A DNA stretch of 64,000 nucleotides, from positions 17,908-81,907 of the IMG/VR virus record IMGVR_UViG_3300045974_000399, one strand, 5' to 3'. The notes under the pieces were generated by a model. That model was not told where the DNA came from and searched no databases. It saw only the letters and a list, made by a program, of their open reading frames with translations. The translations under genes and the position numbers were made by a program. Positions 47,282-56,222 of this stretch are shown here, in pieces. The stretch comes from a virus. Each line of letters begins with the position of its first letter. The stretch's first letter is position 1.

Positions 47282-48442
47282 TTACCAGAGTATTCCCTTA
47301 CGCGTGTTCCTACGCATGGTCCTTATTTCTTTCTTGTCTTTCTTGTAGCCTACAATGTTACGAGCGGCGCTGAGCATTGCCTCGGTCTTTATCCGGGTGG
47401 CCTCTGTCTCTTCCACCTGATACAGCCAAGAACGAGGTACTATTTTCCATCGACTTGAATCCGGGATGGTGATAAATATGAAGCGTTTACCTGCTTCATC
47501 GTTACGCGTAACTACCATTCCAGTGTGCCAGGTTTTCTTTTCAGGGTCAAAGTACTTGGCAGCAGCAGGCAACTGATGAGCCATCAAGGTATAGAATGGC
47601 TTCTCTGTTTTCTCAGCCTCCTTCTTAGCCTCTTTCTTCTCTACGTGATGCTCGCGCTCCTCTTCAGTCATGTAGACATCGTTATGGTTTTTGTCGAAGC
47701 GTGAAGGGTTAACCCCGCAACGCCGCATCCAGTTACACCAGATAGTTCCGTGAGCTTCCCTGGCAGTTTTATATGTCGCCCCGTCAATTTTCCTAGCCGC
47801 TTGGTGACACATCTCATGGACACACAGCTCACGAAACTCCTCGTAAGGCGCTAGGAATGTTCTCGTACTGAAAGAAAATTCGTTCCGTCCTTGCTGATAA
47901 CAAGCTCGCCTACGGAACCCCTGTCCAGTGTCGCGAGTAAAAGACCAAACAGCTTTAGGCAGCTTGTTATGGAAGTATAGCTTATTTAGATACGGCCACA
48001 AGTCTTTGGCAAGGAAATCAAGCTTGCTCTGCGCTTTCTTGTCGCCCATAGCAGCAAATTTAGCATATTTCAATTTCAATGCCTCTTCGTCACCTCGGGA
48101 GGGTACTGCGTCTTCCTTTGGCTCAGGACTTTTAGCTACTTTTACAGGCTTACCTTCAGGCGGTTCTTCTGTTTTCTTAATCAGCTTAACCTTCTTTGGA
48201 GCAACGTCTGTTTTCACGTTCTTAATAGGCTTTTTGGTTATCGCAGGCTTTTCAGCCACTACCTTCTTTTCCTTCGCAGGAGCCTTAGCAACTCTCTTTT
48301 TCCACGCGGTGTCAAATACTTCTTGCTGAGCTTTTGTCCAGCGTTTGCTTATCTTCTTTAGGGCAGCCTTGGCTTTTTCCAGGGCAGCTACCTTGGATAT
48401 TCCTTTGGCTTTCCACTTCTGGATGGCTGTGGATAATAGCAT
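47282..48442 (-). CDS. SprT-like zinc metalloprotease with Lys-rich N-terminus
   Basis: LN..YF...LP, HEMCH, HG..W..WM...G. Confidence 0.85.
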   Translation of the reverse strand: MLLSTAIQKWKAKGISKVAALEKAKAALKKISKRWTKAQQEVFDTAWKKRVAKAPAKEKKVVAEKPAITKKPIKNVKTDVAPKKVKLIKKTEEPPEGKPVKVAKSPEPKEDAVPSRGDEEALKLKYAKFAAMGDKKAQSKLDFLAKDLWPYLNKLYFHNKLPKAVWSFTRDTGQGFRRRACYQQGRNEFSFSTRTFLAPYEEFRELCVHEMCHQAARKIDGATYKTAREAHGTIWCNWMRRCGVNPSRFDKNHNDVYMTEEEREHHVEKKEAKKEAEKTEKPFYTLMAHQLPAAAKYFDPEKKTWHTGMVVTRNDEAGKRFIFITIPDSSRWKIVPRSWLYQVEETEATRIKTEAMLSAARNIVGYKKDKKEIRTMRRNTRKGILW

Positions 48443-48488
48443 CCTGAGTCTCCTTTAACCACGGTCTTGTACGTTTCAATAACCTAAA

Positions 48489-49490
48489 TTACATGTTTTT
48501 TGAGTGCATTCTTTTCCCCATTCGCCTAAAGTATAACATTTGGCAGAGGGTAAGTAACAGACAGAACAGTATAAAGTCAGGCAATACCCAGGGTTCGGTT
48601 ATATAGGGCAAAGGTATATTCATACCAAACCACCCTGTAAGAAATGATAGGGGTACAAATATTGACATTAGTATTGTGAGTTGATTCATCTGTTTTTGCT
48701 GTCGCATACTACTGTCATTATTGATAAAGTCCAGGAGGTCTCTATTGCCTTGTAGAAGAAACTCAAAATCTTGTGTCAAAATAAGTAAGTGGTCATGTAA
48801 GTCACAGAAATATCCATGCGTACCCTCTAAAATAAAAGGCCTACAGTTTTCCTTTAACTCAGCAGCGATATCTCGCATGGAGCGAGTACTAACCAAAAAG
48901 GCATATGACTTTGACCTGTGAGACTGTATACTTCGTAATGAAGGCGAAGTATTATTGAAGGCAAGAGCATCCATCTCTGATAATTCATCTGTCCAGCGCT
49001 GTACTAGAGGAAAGTAATTATCTACGATTATATCCATTAATGCCCACAGTAGATAATCAAGTCCAGAACTTCGTATGTGAGAACCAGACTGAGCTAGTCT
49101 TTCTCTAACTGGTTCAAAGATATCTTCTAAGTTTGGTTGAAATGATAATAATACGTTGTACTGCGGTAACAAGACAAATGATACCTGTTCATTGTCTTTG
49201 GTTATTGTGGTTATAAACAAGTAATTTTCTCTACACTCAATCTTAGGTCTTTGGCTAAGACTAAGAATGTCTTCCACGCATAGTCTGTGTAGACAGTACT
49301 TGTCTTTTAGCACAACTATACTAGCAACATCTTCAAGCCCCCTAACTTCAATCCAGTGATTCGTTTCCAAATACGGTTCAGTTCCAAGTGACTCTGATGA
49401 ATAGTAAAGATCGAATATCTTTGTACCTACTCCAGGTGGCCCATGATAGGTTAAACTTCCTGGGGGTGCTCCTACTTTATTAGCGTTCAT
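48489..49490 (-). CDS. corA: CorA-family Mg/Co transporter
   Basis: G.PPG.L.Y.G, QRPKIE, EQVS, IVDNYF, P.SF.TG.FGMN and two C-terminal TM helices. Confidence 0.93.
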   Translation of the reverse strand: MNANKVGAPPGSLTYHGPPGVGTKIFDLYYSSESLGTEPYLETNHWIEVRGLEDVASIVVLKDKYCLHRLCVEDILSLSQRPKIECRENYLFITTITKDNEQVSFVLLPQYNVLLSFQPNLEDIFEPVRERLAQSGSHIRSSGLDYLLWALMDIIVDNYFPLVQRWTDELSEMDALAFNNTSPSLRSIQSHRSKSYAFLVSTRSMRDIAAELKENCRPFILEGTHGYFCDLHDHLLILTQDFEFLLQGNRDLLDFINNDSSMRQQKQMNQLTILMSIFVPLSFLTGWFGMNIPLPYITEPWVLPDFILFCLLLTLCQMLYFRRMGKRMHSKNM

Positions 49491-49708
49491 TCGCTAACCC
49501 CCGCGTTGAATGAGTCCTCTCCTAGTCCACAATGATGTCTATAACTAGAGTAAGAAACTGCGGATACATCTATAGCGGACATAAACAGCTGTTGATGCCT
49601 AAGTTTATCTTGGAAGGAATCAAGCAAAGCGCACTTATCCCTACAGGACTCTTTCTGTTTAATCCCATTACAAACGCGGCAAGGTGATTCCAAAATTACA
49701 TCCTTCAT
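49487..49708 (-). CDS. Small Cys-rich protein
   Basis: SPCRVC...C...C. Confidence 0.5.
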   Translation of the reverse strand: MKDVILESPCRVCNGIKQKESCRDKCALLDSFQDKLRHQQLFMSAIDVSAVSYSSYRHHCGLGEDSFNAGVSE

Positions 49709-49725
49709 GGTATGACTCCTATGGT

Positions 49726-49986
49726 CTAAGGTGGTTTTAACCCAAATACGTTTTCTTTAACACCGAAAAGGTACCCACAGCTAGGACAGTACAGCTGCGT
49801 TTTTTGATTTGGGTTGAAATCACCAATAGACCACCAGTCAGTGCAGTTACCACAATTAAAGTGATAAAGTATCTCCTTAGAGTATGTGTGCACTATGCTC
49901 TTACTGGTTACTGCAGACGGAAATGCAGAGGGGTCTAGAAGATTAAGGTGGCATAATACCTTTGTTAACCACGTTTTTGCTTTCAT
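49726..49986 (-). CDS. Zinc-ribbon protein
   Basis: HFNCGNC..WW...CPSCG. Confidence 0.55.
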   Translation of the reverse strand: MKAKTWLTKVLCHLNLLDPSAFPSAVTSKSIVHTYSKEILYHFNCGNCTDWWSIGDFNPNQKTQLYCPSCGYLFGVKENVFGLKPP

Positions 49987-50018
49987 GGAGTACCTTCCGT
50001 TACCATTTAGAGAAGAAA

Positions 50019-50044
50019 AGGGTGGTCGAAAGATCGACCACCCT
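50019..50044 (-). terminator. Intrinsic terminator
   Basis: 11-bp stem AGGGTGGTCGA/TCGACCACCCT with T-rich tail on minus strand. Confidence 0.75.
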
Positions 50045-50086
50045 CACTCCTACGACCACCTCGTAGAAATATTAAGGTGGCGTTGC

Positions 50087-50482
50087 TTATCGTGCTTGGT
50101 GCTCCCTGCAGACGTCAATATTATTTTCAGAATCGGCGTCGTATACCTCTGTTATGGTTGGGGGCTCTTTCTGAAGACTAACTGAAGGCGTTGACTTCTT
50201 TCCTTTCTTTGGGGAAACCTTTACCTTTTTCTCTGCTTGTGCGCTGAGCAGTTGCTCACGAAGAGCCTTCAACGTCAACTCTGGAACAGGGTTTAATTCC
50301 TTAAAGATGCGTACTGCATCCCGAGCCTCTGCGATATGCCTCGGGGCGGCTCTTTTAGCTTTGAATGTAGCCAGCTTATTCTTAAGCTGCTCATACTTGG
50401 CTCTTACTCTAATCTGGCCTTGCAGTTCACGCCTAACGCTAACTGTCCCTGCTGTTACCACGCCCACCTGACGTACTAGCAT
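50087..50482 (-). CDS. Basic protein, paralog of N-domain of 50962..51921
   Basis: Shared REL...R..YE.L..KL...KAK.A....I..A..AVR.FK..N.VP. Confidence 0.65.
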   Translation of the reverse strand: MLVRQVGVVTAGTVSVRRELQGQIRVRAKYEQLKNKLATFKAKRAAPRHIAEARDAVRIFKELNPVPELTLKALREQLLSAQAEKKVKVSPKKGKKSTPSVSLQKEPPTITEVYDADSENNIDVCREHQAR

Positions 50483-50567
50483 AACTGCTCCTGCTTTGTG
50501 GGTACATCTACAAATAGTCGGCTATTGGGATTTGCCGATATCCACTTAAAATTATGAAGTTCAATTA

Positions 50568-50945
50568 TTAGGTAATGCTGTGTAAAGCGGTTGTGGCTTC
50601 TGAGATGCAAGCACGTAACCTAAGTGAGTTCTCAAGGGTAGGATACAAGGCTTTTACGTTCTGGATTTTATCCAAAGCCTGAACCAAAACCATGTTGTTT
50701 TGCTCCTGAAGAACTGCATCTGCGGTGCGAAAAGCATCCATGTGATCCAGGGTAGATGACCCATTACACACCGCAGTAACACATAACATCATATCCATTA
50801 CCTTGTCCAACTCTGCTATTAGGAATCCGATTACCGAGCCGTGAGTTTCACCTTCTAGACCCTTGCCTTCACAAAGCACCGAAAGGTCATCTTGAACGTC
50901 CAGGTCGTCTTTCCAGCTTTTTATATCCGTGAGTTTCAGCACCAC
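50568..50945 (-). CDS. Hypothetical protein
   Basis: GTG start with AAGGAG RBS. Confidence 0.5.
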   Translation of the reverse strand: MVLKLTDIKSWKDDLDVQDDLSVLCEGKGLEGETHGSVIGFLIAELDKVMDMMLCVTAVCNGSSTLDHMDAFRTADAVLQEQNNMVLVQALDKIQNVKALYPTLENSLRLRACISEATTALHSIT

Positions 50946-50961
50946 GCCGTTCTCCTTGTTA

Positions 50962-51921
50962 TTATTTCTTGATGGGCTTAACCATCGTGAAGTAGGTTGG
51001 ACTACCTGTTGCATACCCTGCTGCAATCAGAGCAGCCACTTCTTTCTTGGCGGGTTCTGCTCCTCCAGGGCCAATCATGGTCATCCACTTACCGCACTTG
51101 TAGAAACTGCTGTCCCCGCCGAAGTGGGAAATGGGCTTACCTTTAGACCAGTTCAGCAGGAACTCCGCTGACTGCTGTAAAGGAAATATGGCACCAGGTT
51201 TCACAGGTTTTTGTTTTTCTACCTTGACCCTGCGTACTTCAACCGTTGGCTTCTTGGGTATCTTGGGGGCCCTGACAGGCGCAGGCTTGGGGGAGTCCTG
51301 CTTAACGTTGATAGGGCCAGTGCCCTTAGTATCAACTTTAGTTTTGGACTTTGCGTTTTCCGCGGCTATCATGTCCTCAATCTTCTTTATTTCTTTATTC
51401 CAGTGAGCGATCTTGGTGCGGGATCCCTCTTTGGTGTCGATCTTCAGCATGGCCTTTGCCGAACGAAGTGACAGCTTCAGCATCTTCATACGGTCTGCCC
51501 CCCTCTCGTACTGCTTAGGGTGCTTGAGCTGATCTTTCCAGGCTTGGATAACCATAGGCGGAGTACCCTTTGGGGGCAGCTGGCCATTACTTATGAAGAA
51601 CTTCACCGCGGCGTCCATTTCTGCCCTGTCATAGCCCAAGTCTTTTTCTTTCCGCTTCACAGGGACCTTGACCGTGGTTTTTTCTCCAGCTGAGTCAAGC
51701 TTCTTCTGAAGAACCGCAACAGAAGACGTTGGCACAGCATTTGCAGACTTGAACGCCCGAACGGCTTCCTTGGCTGCTGTGATACGGATCTTGGACGCGC
51801 CTTTGGCTTTCAGGCCATCCAGCTTGGCCACAAGCTTCTCGTAGCGCTGCCGGAGTTTAAGCTTCTTTTTCAGCTCACGAGCATCTGCTGAAATCTCCAT
51901 TGTTAGTCGATGTATCTTCAT
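50962..51921 (-). CDS. Lys-rich putative internal head protein
   Basis: MKIHRLTMEISA leader; very basic. Confidence 0.55.
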   Translation of the reverse strand: MKIHRLTMEISADARELKKKLKLRQRYEKLVAKLDGLKAKGASKIRITAAKEAVRAFKSANAVPTSSVAVLQKKLDSAGEKTTVKVPVKRKEKDLGYDRAEMDAAVKFFISNGQLPPKGTPPMVIQAWKDQLKHPKQYERGADRMKMLKLSLRSAKAMLKIDTKEGSRTKIAHWNKEIKKIEDMIAAENAKSKTKVDTKGTGPINVKQDSPKPAPVRAPKIPKKPTVEVRRVKVEKQKPVKPGAIFPLQQSAEFLLNWSKGKPISHFGGDSSFYKCGKWMTMIGPGGAEPAKKEVAALIAAGYATGSPTYFTMVKPIKK

Positions 51922-51940
51922 CTCGTTGCTCTCCCTTTCA

Positions 51941-52273
51941 TCAAAATGGTTTTACATTAAGGACGGTGCCTTTCGTCCGTATGGTCTTTGTGCTTAAGCT
52001 TGCCCTAACCGTGACCTGAGCGGGAAGATTTGTATCACCCATCTCAAGACGGTATACATGTATGACCTGCATCGGAGTATCCCGAACAGTACTAGAGGTC
52101 TGTTTATACCCTTGGCCTTCCAGAAACTTACGAAGGCCAAGAAGTGTATCGTCACCGTCCAGAGGAGCAGAATAAATCTCCCCACGTTTTAGCACGGTAT
52201 CGGCAATTGTCCGTATGATCTTCATTGTCTCTCGACTAATCATTGAGCATTCTACTTTTAATACTCGCATCAC
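51941..52273 (-). CDS. Hypothetical protein with MR leader
   Basis: AGGAG RBS. Confidence 0.5.
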   Translation of the reverse strand: MMRVLKVECSMISRETMKIIRTIADTVLKRGEIYSAPLDGDDTLLGLRKFLEGQGYKQTSSTVRDTPMQVIHVYRLEMGDTNLPAQVTVRASLSTKTIRTKGTVLNVKPF

Positions 52274-52279
52274 ATCTCC

Positions 52280-53956
52280 TTATATCAGCGCCCAACTTTC
52301 TTTACCATTGACGAGTGGGTGTATTCCTCGGATTATTACCTCAGTAAATAGGTACGCAGGCGCCCACGTATCATAGGCCTCCGCTACCTTCTCAGGGTCA
52401 TCATATATCTGCTCACGCAGGTTAGAGTTCGGGACGTAGAATTTCTGATAGGCTCGGTAGCGCATGTCCCGAATAAACTTGGACAGTAGCCACTCTGGAA
52501 CCCACTCAAAACCCTTATTCGACTCCAATACTTCTAACGCTGGAACCTTTACCGAATGTATCCAGACGTTTTGACCAAACAGCGTATACTGAACATATGC
52601 TGCAGTAAGAATATGAGAAATGTAGGGATCTTCCCGCTCACGCATTATCTTCTTAAGTGCCACCCTAAGGTCTTTTGGGAGCTCAGAAAGGTCTTTCAAA
52701 GTGAGTCCAACGGCGTATGCCTTTTGTATCTGGTCAAATACATCACGGTCTTCAAAGCCCATACTATAGACATCCGCTTGGTGTATCAAAGACCCTAATC
52801 CTTCTTCTGGGGAAGGTGGCTCTTTATCCCGAGTTTTAGCCAGGATGGTTTTGTTGATTATGCCCTTCTTTGCTGCTTTCCTAAGCAAGGGAACAAGAGG
52901 ACTATCCTTAGCCCAAGGTTCTTTTTTGAGGTCATTGTAGGTTGTTTCGTCCTGATGCCGACGATCCAAGAAGCGGTATACGCGTAGCTGCTCAAGGGTC
53001 AAGTCTTCAGGAAGATCCAACTTCTTCTCAGCTTTTTCTTGGAATTTCCGGCCGTCCAGAAGCTCCTCCATCACCTTATCATCCACGCGCCCAACAAGAT
53101 CGAAGATCCTGGGATGAGATTTTACGCGCTTCAATAACTCCTGCTGAACCTTCTTGGAGGGCTTAAACCACTGAACGTTCTCAGGATCCGCGTTTACTGC
53201 ATCCAATTGAACCCGTTCTGTAGGACTCGGTAGGTATTTCAGATTTGCTTTGTTCTTGAAGTACGCTACTTCCTGCGCTTTGGGAGTAGGGTTAGTGATA
53301 TAGCGTATGGCCAGACCTTTCGGACTGGATTCAATAGCCAGCAGCTGTAGGTCTTCTGCAGGACGGTCATAGAACTCAATTGAAAGCCCATTGTTCTCGA
53401 TGGCCGCTCGAAGTACTTTCTTGGTTGGTTGGTCTATCAAGGATATAGCAGAGGGATGCGCCTTAACCGCCAACAGCTGTTGTGGTTCGGTTGGTCGTTC
53501 GATGAACTGAATTGCCAGGCCATTTGACTTCAACGCCAAAGCAATAGCATCGGCATGCGGGGATTTTATGTGCTGAATAGCAAATGGGTCGGACAACACA
53601 GCTGCTTTCTGCTGGTCACGCGTCGGGTTTTGTACGTACTGAATTGCTATACCATTCTGACGTAGGGCCTCCGAGATCAGACTATTGCTGGGTATCAAGA
53701 GATGCCTAAGCTGCAATCCGTCTTCACGGACCGCCGCCATATAATCTGCCTCTGTCGGAGCATGCAATTCTGAAATCAAGTCAGGTCGCTCCGTCAATGC
53801 TATCTTACGGAGGTCTTCATCAGGGTCCTTAAGCTGGAGAATATACTCAGGGTGACGAAGAAGGCGCGTGGACAACTCGTCCTTTGTAAGCGCGTTTATT
53901 TTTTCAGGCGTAAGCACCTTGGAGTGCTCACGATAACGTAGGCGTGTTACTCGCAT
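52280..53956 (-). CDS. Helical repeat protein (DUF4116-like)
   Basis: About ten ~22-aa repeats AV..NG.AI.YI..PT...Q..A. Confidence 0.7.
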   Translation of the reverse strand: MRVTRLRYREHSKVLTPEKINALTKDELSTRLLRHPEYILQLKDPDEDLRKIALTERPDLISELHAPTEADYMAAVREDGLQLRHLLIPSNSLISEALRQNGIAIQYVQNPTRDQQKAAVLSDPFAIQHIKSPHADAIALALKSNGLAIQFIERPTEPQQLLAVKAHPSAISLIDQPTKKVLRAAIENNGLSIEFYDRPAEDLQLLAIESSPKGLAIRYITNPTPKAQEVAYFKNKANLKYLPSPTERVQLDAVNADPENVQWFKPSKKVQQELLKRVKSHPRIFDLVGRVDDKVMEELLDGRKFQEKAEKKLDLPEDLTLEQLRVYRFLDRRHQDETTYNDLKKEPWAKDSPLVPLLRKAAKKGIINKTILAKTRDKEPPSPEEGLGSLIHQADVYSMGFEDRDVFDQIQKAYAVGLTLKDLSELPKDLRVALKKIMREREDPYISHILTAAYVQYTLFGQNVWIHSVKVPALEVLESNKGFEWVPEWLLSKFIRDMRYRAYQKFYVPNSNLREQIYDDPEKVAEAYDTWAPAYLFTEVIIRGIHPLVNGKESWALI

Positions 53957-53988
53957 CTTCAGCTCCCTTTGAACACGGGGGGTGGTTG

Positions 53989-54429
53989 TTACATTTCTTC
54001 CATGTACTCTGCTACCAAGGCAACAACCTTCTTGGAATGCCCTTGACTCCAGGCATGACAGAATTGAGTGCGCTGCTCCGGATTATCCAGCATGTACTGA
54101 TTGAAACCAGAAGTGAAGTCCGTTACTTCTACCGGAAGTCGCGCAGAACCTTTTGCGTTGCCCCCGAGCAAGATCCTTGCCATCCGTACTTCAGCAGGGT
54201 CAATGTCATTCTCATCAATCGAGTCCTGCCCGTATACATCCTCTAGGAGTCTTTTCCGGTCTTCTTTTGAAGCCGCATCAGCAAGCTTCTTACACTCAGC
54301 CCGATGCCAGCGCGTAAGCTCATCACCCTGGCCACTACCTAGAACGTCCAGCCATGCTTCTCTTAAGGCCTCGTAGCTCTCGGTGCCTACGGCTGCTGTC
54401 TCTTGAATTGATACGGTTACGCGTCTCAT
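53989..54429 (-). CDS. Hypothetical protein with MR leader
   Basis: MRRVTVSIQETAA. Confidence 0.55.
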   Translation of the reverse strand: MRRVTVSIQETAAVGTESYEALREAWLDVLGSGQGDELTRWHRAECKKLADAASKEDRKRLLEDVYGQDSIDENDIDPAEVRMARILLGGNAKGSARLPVEVTDFTSGFNQYMLDNPEQRTQFCHAWSQGHSKKVVALVAEYMEEM

Positions 54430-54454
54430 GTCTTAATCTCCTTATGTACGTTAG

Positions 54455-55009
54455 TTATTCCTGAATAAGGGTTGCAAGCTCTAAGCTATTAGAGCCCACC
54501 AGTTCTCTGAGCAGCATTCTAGCCGTGCCCAAGGCGCTGGGTGGGTCCAACTCACGCTTTGACTCGATGTTCAGCGTAATCAGCGAGGTTTGGGTAAGTC
54601 CGGCAGAAACTATTCCAGCCAAGCCTTTGGGTTTGTAGTCGGTCTTCTTAAGGCGAAGTGTCACCATGTAGTTGTAGTTCTCGATGCCTGCGGTAGCCTG
54701 CTGCAAAGTTACGCGTCTCATTTCTACGTCCTCCGAGATATGTTGATACTGTTGTTGGTGTCGTTTCAATCTGGCTACTGACAGCATAACCAGGCGCACA
54801 AGCTCATTACGACCCACTGTCCCTGCCCTGCTGGGTACTAGTCGGAAGTTTTTATACATACTGTCCAGGATGTCCATGATTTTCCGTGTAGACTTTCCTT
54901 CCTGAAGGAACTCCTTTGCTTCCTCGTCTACATCAACCAAGGTGGTTGTTCCCAGATCATTCTCCACACGGACTTTCGTTTCGGCAAAAGCAAGGGCCAA
55001 GTGTCTCAT
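54455..55009 (-). CDS. Hypothetical protein with MR leader and internal second start
   Basis: Internal GGAGG + MRRVTLQQATA at 54721. Confidence 0.55.
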   Translation of the reverse strand: MRHLALAFAETKVRVENDLGTTTLVDVDEEAKEFLQEGKSTRKIMDILDSMYKNFRLVPSRAGTVGRNELVRLVMLSVARLKRHQQQYQHISEDVEMRRVTLQQATAGIENYNYMVTLRLKKTDYKPKGLAGIVSAGLTQTSLITLNIESKRELDPPSALGTARMLLRELVGSNSLELATLIQE

Positions 55010-55021
55010 TACGCATACTCC

Positions 55022-55186
55022 TTATGTGTTCCTACTTCGTTTTTGCCATGTTACTGCCACAGCCAAAATAACTATCAATAGCACTAGCTCTGATTCAATG
55101 ATTGTATCCACGCTGTATCCCGCAGTTACAAGTAAAAGGAATAAGATTGTTCCTACTATTACCGCGGCTATAATTTTAAGTAACAT
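55022..55186 (-). CDS. Small two-TM membrane protein
   Basis: Two hydrophobic stretches, basic tail, AGGAG RBS. Confidence 0.5.
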   Translation of the reverse strand: MLLKIIAAVIVGTILFLLLVTAGYSVDTIIESELVLLIVILAVAVTWQKRSRNT

Positions 55187-55252
55187 CCGTATCTCCTGTG
55201 AAGGTCGGTGCCCCTTCGACAAGCGCGGAAATATCTTAGGGGCGGGGGGTTC

Positions 55253-55432
55253 TTAGTGGAAATTAGTTACCAATATCAGAAGAAAAGCAGTGGCTACAGC
55301 TAGGTATTCCGGATATTGATTGAGCAATCTTTGGACATTAGCACCACGCCTAAACAGCGGTGTAGTAACTATTGACCCAAGTTTATCCAAGGCTGGTCCA
55401 AACACTCTATCCACTTTCGTAAACAAGGCCAT
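55253..55432 (-). CDS. Small membrane-anchored protein
   Basis: C-terminal hydrophobic helix, AAGGAG RBS. Confidence 0.45.
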   Translation of the reverse strand: MALFTKVDRVFGPALDKLGSIVTTPLFRRGANVQRLLNQYPEYLAVATAFLLILVTNFH

Positions 55433-55465
55433 TTGGTATCTCCTTTCGTGTAGGATATGCGTCAT

Positions 55466-55858
55466 TTATTCCGCGCTTGGGGATGCTGTGGGCACCCCTT
55501 TTCTGACTATCACCCGGAGAGCTTCGTTACGCCAAGGTTTTGTTATGTAATGGTGTATCTGATTTGTCCGAACAGCGCGCTGTAAAAGTGGACGTGCTGC
55601 AAAGCCCGAAAGTATTATCCGGAGCGCAGTGGGAACAAGATCACGTACCTGACGGAGCAGTACTAGCCCGTCCATCACAGGCATCCTGTAGTCTGCTATT
55701 ACTGCAAATACATTTTGGTCCATGGTAATTAAGTCAATTGCTTCTTGACCAGACAGCAAAGGACGTACTTGGTAGGGCTCACTACGGAATGTCCGACAGA
55801 GCGCGGTTAAAATCAGCGGTTCATCATCAACTAGTATCAGTATCGGTCGGGGGTCCAT
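55466..55858 (-). CDS. Stand-alone response regulator receiver domain
   Basis: LVDDE, ADYRMP.MDG, LSG, KPW: all CheY-like catalytic positions present. Confidence 0.92.
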   Translation of the reverse strand: MDPRPILILVDDEPLILTALCRTFRSEPYQVRPLLSGQEAIDLITMDQNVFAVIADYRMPVMDGLVLLRQVRDLVPTALRIILSGFAARPLLQRAVRTNQIHHYITKPWRNEALRVIVRKGVPTASPSAE

Positions 55859-55949
55859 GTGCCCTCCTTTCCCCTAAAATTACGATTCTATCGGGTTTCC
55901 ACTAACCAAAGAAGGCCCCCACCCACTCGGGGTAGAGGCCTATCTACTG

Positions 55950-56177
55950 TTACTTCTTTCGGCCTTCTGGCCAAATTTTCTCTTCCGTCAGAAGATATCC
56001 CTTGTTAGTCAGACCAACCAGGGTAACGTACATCCGAGTTAGAGCCCTCTCCGCGGAGAGGTGTTTCTGGTCGATCTTGTAGAGCAATACTCGCATCTCG
56101 GCTACTGCTTGCTCGTACACATCCTGCTTACTTGGCTGTGGTTCAGATGGCGAAACAACTTTTTTGGTCGGTGGCAT
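55950..56177 (-). CDS. Hypothetical protein
   Basis: 75 aa ORF. Confidence 0.45.
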   Translation of the reverse strand: MPPTKKVVSPSEPQPSKQDVYEQAVAEMRVLLYKIDQKHLSAERALTRMYVTLVGLTNKGYLLTEEKIWPEGRKK

Positions 56178-56222
56178 GATGAACCCCCTGCTTTGGATTT
56201 GCCTTCACCACCTTATTTACAG

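Noticed and set aside
55022-55432. Small membrane genes as holin or spanin
   Set aside because: No adjacent endolysin or lipobox; hydrophobicity alone is insufficient.
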